From assembly GCA_965277285.1 (NCBI GenBank), contig OZ255721.1:2112001-2176000 (forward strand): a stretch of 64,000 nt of DNA, given 5' to 3'. Source of the stretch: Abditibacteriaceae bacterium. Lineage in GTDB: Bacteria; Armatimonadota; Abditibacteriia; Abditibacteriales; Abditibacteriaceae. Positions 19,543 to 30,633 of this stretch are shown piece after piece (position 1 is the first letter of the stretch; every line of letters begins with the position of its first letter). The position numbers and the translations under genes are program-made. The notes under the pieces are model-generated. The model made no database searches and had not been told where the DNA came from. It worked only from the letters and a program-made list of their open reading frames with translations.

Positions 19543-21312
19543 TTACTGATTAGGCGATTCCGAGGCGTTACTGTCGCCAGAGTCGTTGTCCGAGCCGCTA
19601 CTGAGGTTGATGTCAGCGGTCTCCGGCGTTTCAGTTGTCGATTTCGCAGCCGTTTTTTTCGCACCACCGCGACGACGAGGCGCGCGCTTTTTCGGAGCGG
19701 CAACTTCTGGCGCTTCGGGGTTGCTGTCGGCGGCTTGCGGCGCTTCGGTTGCTTCCGCTGCAAGCGGCTCGACGATTTCCGGCGCAGTCGTTTGCAGAGC
19801 AACCGCTTCGGGCGTGACGGTTTCACCTGTTTCCAGCGGTGCTGCGGAAGTTTCCGTTACGACTTCTCCATTCTCACCTATCGAATTCTCTGCGATTTCA
19901 CCATTCTTCGCGCCGCGACGACGGCGACCACCGCGCGAACCACGTCGCTTGGCTGGTGTCGCCTCGTTGTCGCCACCTTCTGCTGAATCTGCGACAGCCG
20001 CTTCCAAAACACTTTCTTCGGGTAAAACGTCTTGCGGCGTTTGAACCACATCAATCGCTTCTTCGACAGGCGCTGCGTCCGTCAATTGAGTACTCGATTC
20101 ACTTTCCGGCACAATGGAAAGGCTTTCTTGCGCTGATTCTTCCGCAGCGGGAACTTCGCGCGCGACCGACGTGCCGCCTGCTTTGGCGGAAAAGCGCAAA
20201 CGTCCGCGACGCAAACCTGGACGCGAACTGAGTGCGCTCGCAGAAATCGGCGCAATAGGAGCCGCGTTTGGAGTTTCCAACGCTGTGCTCGATTCTGCTT
20301 CTTTCACACTTGGCACAACTTCTTTTGCGTCGATGCGTGGCGTCTCAGCTTTGTCGTTCGCACTCTGCGCGCGATTGCGGTCGCGCCCGCCACGCGACGA
20401 TTCTCGCTTTTCGCTTTCGCGCTTTTCACCGCGCCCGCTCTGCGCGTTTCCATTGGAGCCGTTAGTGTTGGAACCGCTGGCAGCGCTGCCATTCAAATCG
20501 CGCCCAGTGGTTTCGTTAGCGCCATTTCCAGTACTCGAAACCGAAGTTTTGGAAGCATCGCGGCTGTTTTTTTCGGGCAACAAAACGTCGTGTTCGCCCG
20601 CGTTGCCAGCGCGTTCTGCGACTTGTGCGATCCCAGCACGTGCCGCTTTATCCAAAAACTGCTTGAACTGATAGCAGCCGAATGTTCTTTCGGAAAACGC
20701 TGGATTGAGCTGCAACATCATCTGCTTGACCGTGCTGGAGCGGCTGTCCATGCCGCGCTCGTTCAGTGTGTTGATGGCGCGCTCCAGTAAATGAAACGAA
20801 CCTTCGAGCGTGCTGGCGTCTTCGGTCGCGCCGACGCTTTCGGCCAGCAGATTTTCATACGCCAGATATTCGTTGCAGTTGCGACGAACCAGGTCGCTGG
20901 TGAATTTGTTGCCCGCGATGACGATGACGTTTTTGCCCAGCAGTTGCAGGCGCTTGATGAGAGGCAGGAAATCGCTGTCGCCTGACACCAGGCAAAACGT
21001 ATCGATGTGCGTGTGCGCGGCGGCGATGTCGAGTCCGTCGATGACAATGCGGATATCAGCGGAGTTCTTGATGAGAGGCCCGAAAACCGGCGTTTCAACC
21101 AGCTCGATTCCTTGTTCCATCAGTTTGCGGCGGTGCCGGTGATGGCGGTACCAATCACCGTAAGCGCGTCCCATGACGACTACGCCGCGCGAACGCAGCA
21201 CATTGACCACGAGTTCGACATCGAACCCGGGATCTTCCACGCCTAAAATCACGTTGTCGAAGTCGATCAGCAACGCGATCTTGGTGCCTTGAAGACCTTG
21301 CATCGTTTCCAA
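19543..21312 (-). CDS. NYN domain protein with OST-HTH/LOTUS domain and long disordered tail
   Basis: IDFDN, RAYGDW, KNSADI, SGDSDF; FSERTFG...FKQFL. Confidence 0.85.
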   Translation of the reverse strand: METMQGLQGTKIALLIDFDNVILGVEDPGFDVELVVNVLRSRGVVVMGRAYGDWYRHHRHRRKLMEQGIELVETPVFGPLIKNSADIRIVIDGLDIAAAHTHIDTFCLVSGDSDFLPLIKRLQLLGKNVIVIAGNKFTSDLVRRNCNEYLAYENLLAESVGATEDASTLEGSFHLLERAINTLNERGMDSRSSTVKQMMLQLNPAFSERTFGCYQFKQFLDKAARAGIAQVAERAGNAGEHDVLLPEKNSRDASKTSVSSTGNGANETTGRDLNGSAASGSNTNGSNGNAQSGRGEKRESEKRESSRGGRDRNRAQSANDKAETPRIDAKEVVPSVKEAESSTALETPNAAPIAPISASALSSRPGLRRGRLRFSAKAGGTSVAREVPAAEESAQESLSIVPESESSTQLTDAAPVEEAIDVVQTPQDVLPEESVLEAAVADSAEGGDNEATPAKRRGSRGGRRRRGAKNGEIAENSIGENGEVVTETSAAPLETGETVTPEAVALQTTAPEIVEPLAAEATEAPQAADSNPEAPEVAAPKKRAPRRRGGAKKTAAKSTTETPETADINLSSGSDNDSGDSNASESPNQ

Positions 21313-21696
21313 ATTGTCGTGTCCTTGTTCCTGAAGCGCGCGGCTTTGAAATAATGAAAGCCTCGATGCGCACCGCTATAAAAATCTTCGGCGCTCAGGC
21401 GAAACAACCTTCGAGTTCCTACCATTGAGCACTCGAAAAGGTTTCGCCAGCAGCCGGAAAGAAGAGCGTTTAAGGATTTGTGCGCGCAGAAATTGCGGCG
21501 CAAAAGAAGGAAAACGCCTGGCGGTGCGCGGTGAAGCCGTTGGATAAACCCATCCAAAAGACGCCGCGCGCTCGTATATTTGGCGGGAAGTGTAGCACAA
21601 ACCACAAATGTGCCGTCAATCGAGGACTCGAATCGCGCCAACACAAACGAAAACGGCGCCACGCTTTTCGCATGACGCCGCTTTTATTCTTCGACT

Positions 21697-23520
21697 TTAC
21701 GTTCCCGCAACCGGATCATCAATGTGACGGACAACGTGCGCAGTAACGAAAATTATCAACTCGGTCTCTTGGTTGACTTTATAGGAACTGCGGAACAGTC
21801 GTCCTATTAGAGGTAGGTCGCCCAGAATAGGGATTTTGCCTTTAGAGTTCACAAGTTCCGTCATGCGTAAACCACCGATAGCCAACGTATCTCCGTCCTT
21901 GATGTTGGCCGATGTGTTGATCTGCTGCAGACTTGATGTAGTGACAAGCCCGGTGGTTACGCCGCTGGTATAAACCTGTGGCTGAAGGCTTATGGTGATC
22001 GTCCCATCACGATTGATCGTGGGAATCACGGTCAATGTGGTGCCACTAAAAACAGTCAGGAAGCTTGTTGACGTGCTCTGAGTTGGATTTCCATTTACAT
22101 TGGTAATAACCGTTGTATTAACGATTGGAACAGATGTTGACGAATTGGAAGTCAGCTGGGCTGTCAAATTATTGAATGTCGTGACTCGAGGTGCCTGAAG
22201 AGTACGAGCGACGCCTGCTGTCTCTGCCGCCTGCAAGACAGCCTGTACATTTCCACGCGTGACACCAACATTAACCTGCGATGTACCCAGCGTTGTCACT
22301 GAAGTCGAGCCTGAAGTTGGGTCGATAGAACTCGTGACCGTGTTATTATTAGCCGTATTACGGGACGTAAAGCTCAACGCAAAGAGTTTACTTGCGGTGG
22401 AATTAACTGAAACAAACTGCGCCTCGATCTCAACCTGAGGAACAGGACGATCGAGAAAACCAATAATCTCGCGGATTCGATCAATGCCCTCATCCGTACC
22501 ACGCACCAGCAAAACATTTTGCGCATCAACTGCAATAAGGTTGTCAACACCTTGCGGTAAAGCCACAGTGTAAGCACTGGAAGGAAGAACATCGTGATTA
22601 CCTCCACCACTGCTACCACCGCTACTACTACCACCGCCATTGCCCGAGCCACCGGTCCCTCCAAATTGACCATTGGATTGAGTGTAAGGATTAAACGGTA
22701 AATAGCCAGAGCCCGGTTGTGCCCAGGTAGGTGCCTGTCCAGGTGAACCAGGCCTTACGAGATTGTTCGCCGCTGGGACAGTTGTGAGCTGTGGCTTCGT
22801 ATATTCATCACCTGAACGTTGCGCTATCTCTTGAGACTTCTGGAATTCAAGAGGAACTGTCTGGTGCGATGGGTCAAGCCAGTAGGCCATGATACTGGGT
22901 TTGACATTTCTTAGCGCTACACTTGCCGTAGTAGAAAGGTCATCCTGAGTTTTAGGAGATGGCTTTAGCAACTCCATGCCCTGATCGGAATCATCCGGGA
23001 CTGCATTTGGCGCTACAGCATTGGAGTCAGCCGTTGTTCCAGAATTTGGAGTAACTGAACCGGAACTGTCGGGCAATGCGGCCTTACCGACCAGGTAGGT
23101 ACGCGTATCCATCTTTTTCCACGGCACCCCCGCAGATTGGGCGACCATACGAATTGCTTGATCCGCTGTCTTGTCCGTAAGATGAACACTTTTCAACGTG
23201 CCCGTCACATCTTCGCCAATCACGATGTCGACATTACCCTCGCGCCCGATCATAGTAAGAATATCAGACACAGGCGCCTTAGAAAAATCCAGGGTGATCA
23301 AGGCACTGCTTTGCGCAGAAGGAGTAAGAGCAGCCTCTGAGATCGAAATCGGAGATGTAGTTGTTGTTGCTTCTGCTGCAACAACTCGTGAAACCAAGGC
23401 AGGGGTTCCAAGTGCTGAGGCGAGGAAACATGCGCTTATCCAACGGCTCTTTCTCTTTATGCTATAGGGATGGTACATATGATTTGATGCCCTTAATTCG
23501 AGTCGCATTGTCTTTCCCAA
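21697..23520 (-). CDS. Secretin (PilQ/GspD-like); start may be 23478
   Basis: LDRPVPQVEIEA, APRVTTFNN, GDTLAIGGL, KIPILGDLPLIGRLF, ELIIFVT. Confidence 0.88.
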   Translation of the reverse strand: MGKTMRLELRASNHMYHPYSIKRKSRWISACFLASALGTPALVSRVVAAEATTTTSPISISEAALTPSAQSSALITLDFSKAPVSDILTMIGREGNVDIVIGEDVTGTLKSVHLTDKTADQAIRMVAQSAGVPWKKMDTRTYLVGKAALPDSSGSVTPNSGTTADSNAVAPNAVPDDSDQGMELLKPSPKTQDDLSTTASVALRNVKPSIMAYWLDPSHQTVPLEFQKSQEIAQRSGDEYTKPQLTTVPAANNLVRPGSPGQAPTWAQPGSGYLPFNPYTQSNGQFGGTGGSGNGGGSSSGGSSGGGNHDVLPSSAYTVALPQGVDNLIAVDAQNVLLVRGTDEGIDRIREIIGFLDRPVPQVEIEAQFVSVNSTASKLFALSFTSRNTANNNTVTSSIDPTSGSTSVTTLGTSQVNVGVTRGNVQAVLQAAETAGVARTLQAPRVTTFNNLTAQLTSNSSTSVPIVNTTVITNVNGNPTQSTSTSFLTVFSGTTLTVIPTINRDGTITISLQPQVYTSGVTTGLVTTSSLQQINTSANIKDGDTLAIGGLRMTELVNSKGKIPILGDLPLIGRLFRSSYKVNQETELIIFVTAHVVRHIDDPVAGT

Positions 23521-23571
23521 AGGACAAACAGAAAAGAGGTGACTCGATAGTCCTTTGTGGTAGTTCTAAAA

Positions 23572-24396
23572 CTAACGACTTGTTGATGTGCCGCCCGTTG
23601 ATGTGCCGCCTGTTGAGGTACCACCCGTTGAGCTACCGCCTGTTGACCCTCCACCAGACGATAGGCTTGAAGTACCATTCTGAGACTGAGGCGAGGTCAA
23701 CTGTCCACCTGTGCGGAGAGAAAAGCCAGCAGAAGGCACAATGAATGATTCCGTAGTAGCTTCTGTTGCGCCTTGAAAAAACAGAGCAATAGCTCCAACA
23801 TAAATATGCAGAGGTTCGATGATCGACCATGGGTTGTTACTATCGACCGCAATTGGCTTAGTCAGCGTAGAATTGCCACCTGCTCCACCGCCCTGCCCCC
23901 CTTGTCCTCCACCGCCACCAAACTGGCGACTCGAGCGCGTTTCAACCGAGAATCTTATTGGAGCAGCGCCTTTAGCGACAGCGGCAAAATCACGCATCTG
24001 AAAGTTGCTCGATGTCACAAGGCCAAAACCGGTGTTCCTTGTCGTGGCAGTGGAACGAGGATCAACGATCCACAACCCGTTTTCGCGGCGGAAGCGAAAC
24101 TTGTTCAAATTGGCCAGAGAACGCACGATGTCGCGCCACTCTTGATCTTTGAACGAAACCGAACCGATGCGCACTTGGCTCGCGGCAGGATCAATGACGT
24201 GTGAAGGATTCCCTGCCGCCTGAAACACCAGTTCAAGTGCATCGCGCAAGGTCGCATCTTTCAAGTCCACGGAGAATCGAGTACTCGAGGGGGCAGAGGC
24301 TGCCTGAGCCGAGGCACTTTGCGCACCGCTCAGCATAGCTGTGCCAGCAAAAGCCGTTAGGGCGACCCAAGTCTTGATGTTCATTACTTTTTTCAT
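23572..24396 (-). CDS. Secreted protein with STN/secretin N-domain-like region and Gly/Ser/Thr tail
   Basis: Signal peptide; VDLKDATLRDALELVF; adjacent to secretin. Confidence 0.6.
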   Translation of the reverse strand: MKKVMNIKTWVALTAFAGTAMLSGAQSASAQAASAPSSTRFSVDLKDATLRDALELVFQAAGNPSHVIDPAASQVRIGSVSFKDQEWRDIVRSLANLNKFRFRRENGLWIVDPRSTATTRNTGFGLVTSSNFQMRDFAAVAKGAAPIRFSVETRSSRQFGGGGGQGGQGGGAGGNSTLTKPIAVDSNNPWSIIEPLHIYVGAIALFFQGATEATTESFIVPSAGFSLRTGGQLTSPQSQNGTSSLSSGGGSTGGSSTGGTSTGGTSTGGTSTSR

Positions 24397-24564
24397 AAAA
24401 ACCTCCAGCGTCTTCGGCGCTCGACATGTCTCACTTAAAAAACGACCATACAGCACGTTAATTGAATCACAAGCAGTGGGGAAAGTGCGCTTATTTTAGC
24501 TTAAGCGAAGTCAATCCGCAAGAGCTTGCGCGACATTAAACATTTCGTCTTTTCCACTTTCCTA

Positions 24565-25428
24565 TCAGCTTCCTGGTCCCAGATCGAAATACTCTTCTTG
24601 GCCGTTTTCGCTGGCTGTGACGCGAACAACCGATTGCTCGCCTGCCCGCACACGTTGAATGCTCAGAATCTTCATGCCGCCGACTTCATCGCCGGGCTGC
24701 ACAATCTTGGAAACGGTTTGCCCATTTTCCTGGTATTCAATCAAAGCACGGATGGTATCGCCCATGATAACGCCTGCCACGCGCTTACCAGTCGCGTTCG
24801 TTGCCTCAGTTTGTGCACCTGGCTCACCTACGGTCAAACCACCAACTTGCGGCAAGGGCGGTGGTTCTGTGCGTTGCGTCCCGCCAAAGATCGTGGCGGG
24901 CGGCAAATAAAGCGTTGTCGAAGCAACGTTCGTTTGGGATCCCAAAGCAAACGCGTTCGATGGCAATCCTGCGCCCGAACCCAGAGAAGGCGGCGAGAAG
25001 GGTGGGAGAGAAATTGGTACCGCCTCGCGGACGATCTGACGTATCGGCGGCGGTGTTGGTGTTGGCGGAAGCGCTGACAGTGTTACCGGCATAAACGGGT
25101 TGGCGCGAGTTCGGCCAATACCTGGAATCTGCGGCGTCAAAGTCGCGGGGTTGGTTGTTGCCGCGCCTGCAGACGGCGCCGTGACAGAAGCAGCCGTTGT
25201 GCCGAAATTCGCGCCACCAGGGACGGGAGGCATAACTGGCGCAACCGGGCCGCCTGGACGAATTGGCGAATAACCAACCGAGTTGCCGATTGCCGAACTT
25301 GTGGTTGTAGAAGTATTACCGCCGCCAAAAGGATGCAGAAGAACGACTGCTACCACGCCGAGAACACCCAGTAGGCCGCCTAAAATGTAAATTTTCTTTT
25401 TGTCATCCGCACCGAGCGTGATCGCCAT
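24565..25428 (-). CDS. PilP-like pilus assembly protein
   Basis: N-terminal TM, Pro-rich linker, RANPF, RVAGVIMG...IVQPGDEV; position in cluster. Confidence 0.55.
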   Translation of the reverse strand: MAITLGADDKKKIYILGGLLGVLGVVAVVLLHPFGGGNTSTTTSSAIGNSVGYSPIRPGGPVAPVMPPVPGGANFGTTAASVTAPSAGAATTNPATLTPQIPGIGRTRANPFMPVTLSALPPTPTPPPIRQIVREAVPISLPPFSPPSLGSGAGLPSNAFALGSQTNVASTTLYLPPATIFGGTQRTEPPPLPQVGGLTVGEPGAQTEATNATGKRVAGVIMGDTIRALIEYQENGQTVSKIVQPGDEVGGMKILSIQRVRAGEQSVVRVTASENGQEEYFDLGPGS

Positions 25429-25612
25429 AAGCTCACCCTTCCATCAAATTCATCATGAAGCCATGCTACTTGTTATAGCCCGGGTAAGTCAGAGGGATTA
25501 GCCGCACTTGTGACTCATCCCGTTTCTCAACCTTTATTGCGCACAGTCCCACTTTGTGCAATATGGGCGACATCGAGTACTCGAACCTTCGCTATAACAT
25601 CCTCATGAAACT

Positions 25613-26536
25613 TCAACCATTGTTAGTAGGAGCGCGCAGAGCACTGGCCGTAACCATGCTTGCTGATCCAGAAGCGCTGCTACTTGAAGCAAATCCCGAA
25701 CTCGGAGAACCTGGAAAAGGTGCTCCCGGCCCGGCCGCCAGCAAATACGGTGTCAAGGTGAAAGTTGCACGCACAGTTCCAGGCTGCCCAGCCTCAGTAT
25801 CCAACTTGATCGTACCAACTTTGACCAGCGTCGCATTGTTGTTTAACGAATTAAAGTAACGCAAAATATTCGGTAGTGGTCCGGTCACCGTTACGCTCAT
25901 TGAGCCGCCGCCACTCGCCGCCGCCCCACCCGAACCACTTGGGGCGCTGCTTGGCAGGCTCGAGCCACCTGAGTAGCTACTTGGCAAACTTGGACCACTC
26001 GGAGAGGCAGTAGCGGCTCCACCACCCGAAAGCGGCTTCAACAGACCAGTTGCTGGCGGAGCCACGTCTTCTGGCTTGTTCGGCGGTGGAACCACGGAAA
26101 TTGAAGAAGCAATGTGAACGCCACTGGTTGTGGCATAATCCTGCAATTCTTTCTTTAATGCCGGGCCATAGCCGTTGTAATAATAGTTCATCCAGTAGCG
26201 CCAAATGGCTTCACGATTGCCTTTCTGAATCGGCGTTTCCGTCGCATAATCTTGACCGAGGTCGGCAAAATATAAATTACGATAACGCTGCCGCACAAAG
26301 TCGAATTGGCCATTGACATACTGCAACTGATCTTCCGCTTTTTTTTGATCGCTCAGCGCTTGCGACAAACCTTGAGCGACCGCGAGCCGGCTTTGATATT
26401 GAGTACTTGAACGTGCCAGCAGAGCCTGCTGAGGCCGCACCAACGCAAAGTACCAAGCCGAGACCAGAGCAATGATCAAAAAAATCGTTGCCCCCAACAA
26501 AATTAAAGTGTTTTGCCTTATACGACTTTCTTTCAC
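25613..26536 (-). CDS. PilO-like protein
   Basis: N-terminal TM plus coiled coil; SVTVTGPLPNILRYF; follows pilN-like gene. Confidence 0.55.
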   Translation of the reverse strand: MKESRIRQNTLILLGATIFLIIALVSAWYFALVRPQQALLARSSTQYQSRLAVAQGLSQALSDQKKAEDQLQYVNGQFDFVRQRYRNLYFADLGQDYATETPIQKGNREAIWRYWMNYYYNGYGPALKKELQDYATTSGVHIASSISVVPPPNKPEDVAPPATGLLKPLSGGGAATASPSGPSLPSSYSGGSSLPSSAPSGSGGAAASGGGSMSVTVTGPLPNILRYFNSLNNNATLVKVGTIKLDTEAGQPGTVRATFTLTPYLLAAGPGAPFPGSPSSGFASSSSASGSASMVTASALRAPTNNG

Positions 26537-26666
26537 AGGAAATCCTCAATTTGAAAGCAGTCAATGGTAGCCCGCTTTCTACAAGACTTTTATGCCAGAA
26601 GAATCCAAACTAATTCACGTCTCGTCTTGGCCAAAAAAAGTAATCTATCAATATCAGCGGCTCGTT

Positions 26667-27434
26667 TTAGCCTGGTGCAGCAGCAGGAGGCGTTTGCCCC
26701 GAAACAGGCGGCGCGCCCGGACCTCCTGGACCACCAGCCCTACTTAAGCCACCCGCGCTACTGCTTGACGTCGCACTACTTGCCGCGCCCGGATCAGAGG
26801 GCACGATGATATTATCCTTCAATTTACCAATTACAGTCATCGTAATCGGATAAGTCACGATTTGTGGCACTGTCGTGCGCTGGGGAGTTACAAAGGGCTG
26901 TGTAAAGCCGTTACCTGGCAGCGTATTTGTAGGCAATACGGCAAATGATCTCGGATCATCGGCGAAAAGTTGGCCTCCGCGCGTCGCGCTACCCGCACGG
27001 AGATTTAACAAAAACCGCGCGTAGTCATTTGGGCTTTTCAAAGTCGCCGTAATTTTTGCTGTCTGCCCATCTGACATATCGATCTGGCTAATCACGGCGT
27101 CGGGGGAAATGTAACGTCCCACCAAGTCCAACAACGCCGCACGTTGCGCACCTGTCTGGCTGGCACTCACTACAAATTGCACGAAGCTTTGTTTGGGAGC
27201 CGCCTCGGCTACAACTACCGCTGTCGCTGCTTTCGACGTCTCCGTCATAGTGGCGACCGTATTGGCTTCGATGGCCTGCGCTTGCATAGTCGTCAATGAT
27301 TGCTTCCCATGCAAATAGATGAGCGTCAAAAGGAGCGCCGTTCCCAGGAGCAAGGTGACCGCTCCTGCTAAGAACGCTCGAAAGCGCCGTTCCAAAGCCA
27401 CATAAGGTGGCATCAAATCAATTTTAATGGACAT
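26667..27434 (-). CDS. PilN-like protein
   Basis: IKIDLMP (INLLP-like) then TM; follows pilM. Confidence 0.6.
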   Translation of the reverse strand: MSIKIDLMPPYVALERRFRAFLAGAVTLLLGTALLLTLIYLHGKQSLTTMQAQAIEANTVATMTETSKAATAVVVAEAAPKQSFVQFVVSASQTGAQRAALLDLVGRYISPDAVISQIDMSDGQTAKITATLKSPNDYARFLLNLRAGSATRGGQLFADDPRSFAVLPTNTLPGNGFTQPFVTPQRTTVPQIVTYPITMTVIGKLKDNIIVPSDPGAASSATSSSSAGGLSRAGGPGGPGAPPVSGQTPPAAAPG

Positions 27435-27503
27435 AGTTCAGTAAAAACGAATCGAGTACTCGATTCCGCTTTATTAACGTCTCGCACGTTCAACTTATCA
27501 CGT

Positions 27504-30071
27504 TCAACTTACCACATCGCGCAACGCCAAACCCAACGCGACGGCAAAGGCTGTACCATTTTGATCAACAAAATTTTCTGGCAACCCCTTGGCTTCTAAC
27601 TGGACGCGCCCCAAAGGATTTTGAACGGTTGAAGGAATGCCGATCTCCTGAGTCATCATGGCATCCATGTTGGCCATAGAGGCGCCGCCGCCGACCAGCA
27701 CAATACGCCGCACGCCCGCATCAGGGTAGCGCGATGCGTAATACTCAAGAGAGCGCCGCACTTCGTTGATTAATTCAGCCAGTCGCGGTTGCAAAACGGC
27801 ATGCACCGACGCCGGAGTCGTACCCTCTTCGCCACCCAGTCCCAGCCCGAAATCTTCCAGGCCAAAAGAATCATCAATAGAGGAACCTGTCGCAAACTGA
27901 TCCAGGTCGAAGTCACCGGAAGGCACATCTGCCCCTGCAACAGGAGTGACTGCGTAGGGTGAGGTTGCGTCGCCAGGTGTCAGTACCGACTCGGCAGCGC
28001 CGGGCACAGTGTCATTTGTCGACGCCACAGCATCTGTTGTCAAAGTGTCAGTCGGCGTCACGGCAGGCGCGGAAATCATGCTGGCAAAAGCGCTGTCGAA
28101 ATCGTCGCCACTGGCATTTGGTGCGACCGGCGTCGAAAAGTCGAAGACTGGCGCGCCAGACATCGGACTCGCGCCTGGTGCAATAGATGGAACTGCCACT
28201 GCACCCGCATCGCTTGCATCCATTGACGGCAATGTCGTCAGATCATCTTCGTTCACGGTCGACAGTGACTGTTCTTCAGAAACCGAGGGTAGCGTATCTT
28301 CCGATTCATCAATGTAACGCTCCGCGCCGGGTGCCAGAAGCCCTTCAGGCATCTGCAGGTTTGTAGGAAAGACTGACTGCGCTGTAGAGGAGGTCGCAAC
28401 CGAAGGCAAGGATGGAAAAGATGGCAGCTCGGGATCATCCGCACTTCCCACGCCATACATTTGTCCCGACGGCGCCATCGTCGCCATATCGCCTTCTTCG
28501 CCCACCATTGAAAAATCGAGTGGCGCAGGCGATGCTTGATTCGGCGCAGAGTTCGCTTCGGCATTCGCAACGTTGCTGGCGGTGGAAGCAGGCGTTGCGT
28601 CACCGCTTTTCATAACTGTGGCAGCGGGGACATTTCCTTCAGGTTCAATGGGGTCAGTCGGAATGCCCTCATCAACTTCGCGTTCATCTTCGGTAAAGTT
28701 AAAGCGCGACAAATCAAAGTTGAACGGCGGCTTATCACCCTGTTTTTGGAGATGGCCTTCTTGTGGCTCGTTTTGGCGCGGTCCCTGATTGAATGTTTCC
28801 AGATCGAAAGGATCGCTCGCTGCTACCGTGCTGCCTTCTGCTCCAACATTGATTGGTTGCAGTTCAGTTTCGGTATCTGCGTTATGAACCATCGAGTCAT
28901 CAACGTTATGACTTGTTGCATCGCTATCAGTTGTCGGGCGGCTATTGGAAATTTCGTCGTCGCCAAAAGCGCTCCAATCGTCTGCTGCGGCATTTGCGAC
29001 GAGAGCCTGAGGGTCAGGAACATGCGGTGGCAGAGCGTCGCCTACTTCACGCTTCAAGCGTTCGGCATCTGGCCAAGTCAAACCAAAATGATCGGCCAAT
29101 GCCTGCGTCAAGGCATTACCAGCGACCGGGACTGAGCGTGTAAAAACCAGTACATCGCCGCGTAAAACCGAAATTTCCGTACTCGTCGCGCCAATATTGA
29201 TGAGCGCTGTCGCGTCATTGTAATCGGTTGCCACATCCTGCGATAGTTCGTTGTCCTGGCCATTGTCCAATGCGCGGTCTTCGGTGCTTCCCGTGCCATA
29301 GAAAATGGAGCGCGCCGCCGCCAAAGGCTCGACATCAATCGCCTGCGCGGCTAACTTCGCACCCTGCAAAACCTTCAAGTGCAGGTCGATAGTTTCATTT
29401 TGCACCGCCGCCAGTAGCACTTCCATATTGGGCGCGTCAGGATCGGTCGGCAGTTCGCGCAACGCTCGGAAATCTTTAACAACGTCGGCTGGAGGAAACG
29501 GAACGTAACGCTCCAAGTCCATATTCATGTTCTCGTTGAGTTCCGCATCCGACATTTTTGGCACTTCGAGTACTCGAACTACGAGCGCGCCGCCACCTGC
29601 AATGGACGTAATGGCGCTGCGCGTGCGAATACCGCTTTGTGCGAACAACTCACGGATCGCGCTGGAAATCGCCGCCGGACTCATGATCAAGCCGTTGGAC
29701 AAGCTTTCCGCCGGTGTCGGGATCATGCCGACAGCCGTCACCACGACGCCGCCGCCGCGACTACGCACTTCGACAGCTTTGATGGAATCGTTGCCGATAT
29801 TAAGGCCGACAACTGCGCCGCCTTTAATGCCTTTGGCAACGCGCGGAATCTTGGCAGGCTTCGCCGCTTTGGGACGACCCGCGCCGCGTTTGAAGCGCGA
29901 TGTCGCGCCACCGTTTGCGGCAGCGAGATCGTCCGTTGCTGCCGATTGCGGCTCCATGAAATTGGCGCCGGTACCCGCGTCGGGCGCACCCGAAGTGACT
30001 GGGGCCGTCGGCAAAGGTTGAGATGATGTGTCGTCTGCGGACGACTTTGATTTCCTGGCGAAAAGAGCCAT
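27504..30071 (-). CDS. pilM: Type IV pilus assembly protein PilM with large acidic insertion
   Basis: VGLNIGNDSIKAVE, YVPF, IDVEPLA, INIGATST, EVRRSLEYY, FAVALGLALR. Confidence 0.88.
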   Translation of the reverse strand: MALFARKSKSSADDTSSQPLPTAPVTSGAPDAGTGANFMEPQSAATDDLAAANGGATSRFKRGAGRPKAAKPAKIPRVAKGIKGGAVVGLNIGNDSIKAVEVRSRGGGVVVTAVGMIPTPAESLSNGLIMSPAAISSAIRELFAQSGIRTRSAITSIAGGGALVVRVLEVPKMSDAELNENMNMDLERYVPFPPADVVKDFRALRELPTDPDAPNMEVLLAAVQNETIDLHLKVLQGAKLAAQAIDVEPLAAARSIFYGTGSTEDRALDNGQDNELSQDVATDYNDATALINIGATSTEISVLRGDVLVFTRSVPVAGNALTQALADHFGLTWPDAERLKREVGDALPPHVPDPQALVANAAADDWSAFGDDEISNSRPTTDSDATSHNVDDSMVHNADTETELQPINVGAEGSTVAASDPFDLETFNQGPRQNEPQEGHLQKQGDKPPFNFDLSRFNFTEDEREVDEGIPTDPIEPEGNVPAATVMKSGDATPASTASNVANAEANSAPNQASPAPLDFSMVGEEGDMATMAPSGQMYGVGSADDPELPSFPSLPSVATSSTAQSVFPTNLQMPEGLLAPGAERYIDESEDTLPSVSEEQSLSTVNEDDLTTLPSMDASDAGAVAVPSIAPGASPMSGAPVFDFSTPVAPNASGDDFDSAFASMISAPAVTPTDTLTTDAVASTNDTVPGAAESVLTPGDATSPYAVTPVAGADVPSGDFDLDQFATGSSIDDSFGLEDFGLGLGGEEGTTPASVHAVLQPRLAELINEVRRSLEYYASRYPDAGVRRIVLVGGGASMANMDAMMTQEIGIPSTVQNPLGRVQLEAKGLPENFVDQNGTAFAVALGLALRDVVS

Positions 30072-30633
30072 AAAGTGAACCCAATATAAACCGGAGCAGA
30101 TAGCTCGCAAGCATTCGCAAGAAACAGCTTTTCAGTGCAACTCAGTGCAACTTTCAATGACAACGTTTCATCAACAACGTTGGAATAAGTCAATGTTCAA
30201 CAAATCAACACTCAAAAGGAAAGGGTCAAACACAGCGACTCGAGGTTTTCGAGAATAGGTGACAATTCGAGATTAGCAACAATTGCAAGAGCGGCGACAG
30301 CAGAACGCGACGATGAGCAGAGCGACCAAAGAAATTCTGCATCAGGCGTTTTGCGCTTTCAAAGAAATCGAGTTCGATGGAATAGAAGAACCAACAAAGC
30401 GAGCCATCTACAGGAAAGTGTTGTTATTATGACCTTTTGCCGGTTCGTTGTCAATTCATCGGGCCGCTCAATTCTTACTTGTCATCAAGCGTTCTGCCAA
30501 GCGATGCTTTCCTCTTATTATTCCCCATTTGGGCAACAACGACACAACAAAGGCCGCACATCTGACCGGACAGCGTGCGCCTGCTAAACTACGGGCGCCC
30601 AAACCGCCTATTTCATTGCTTTCAAGGACAAAA

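Noticed and set aside
23575..23660. Short tandem repeats at the end of the STN-like gene
   Set aside because: Explained by the GGTST low-complexity protein tail
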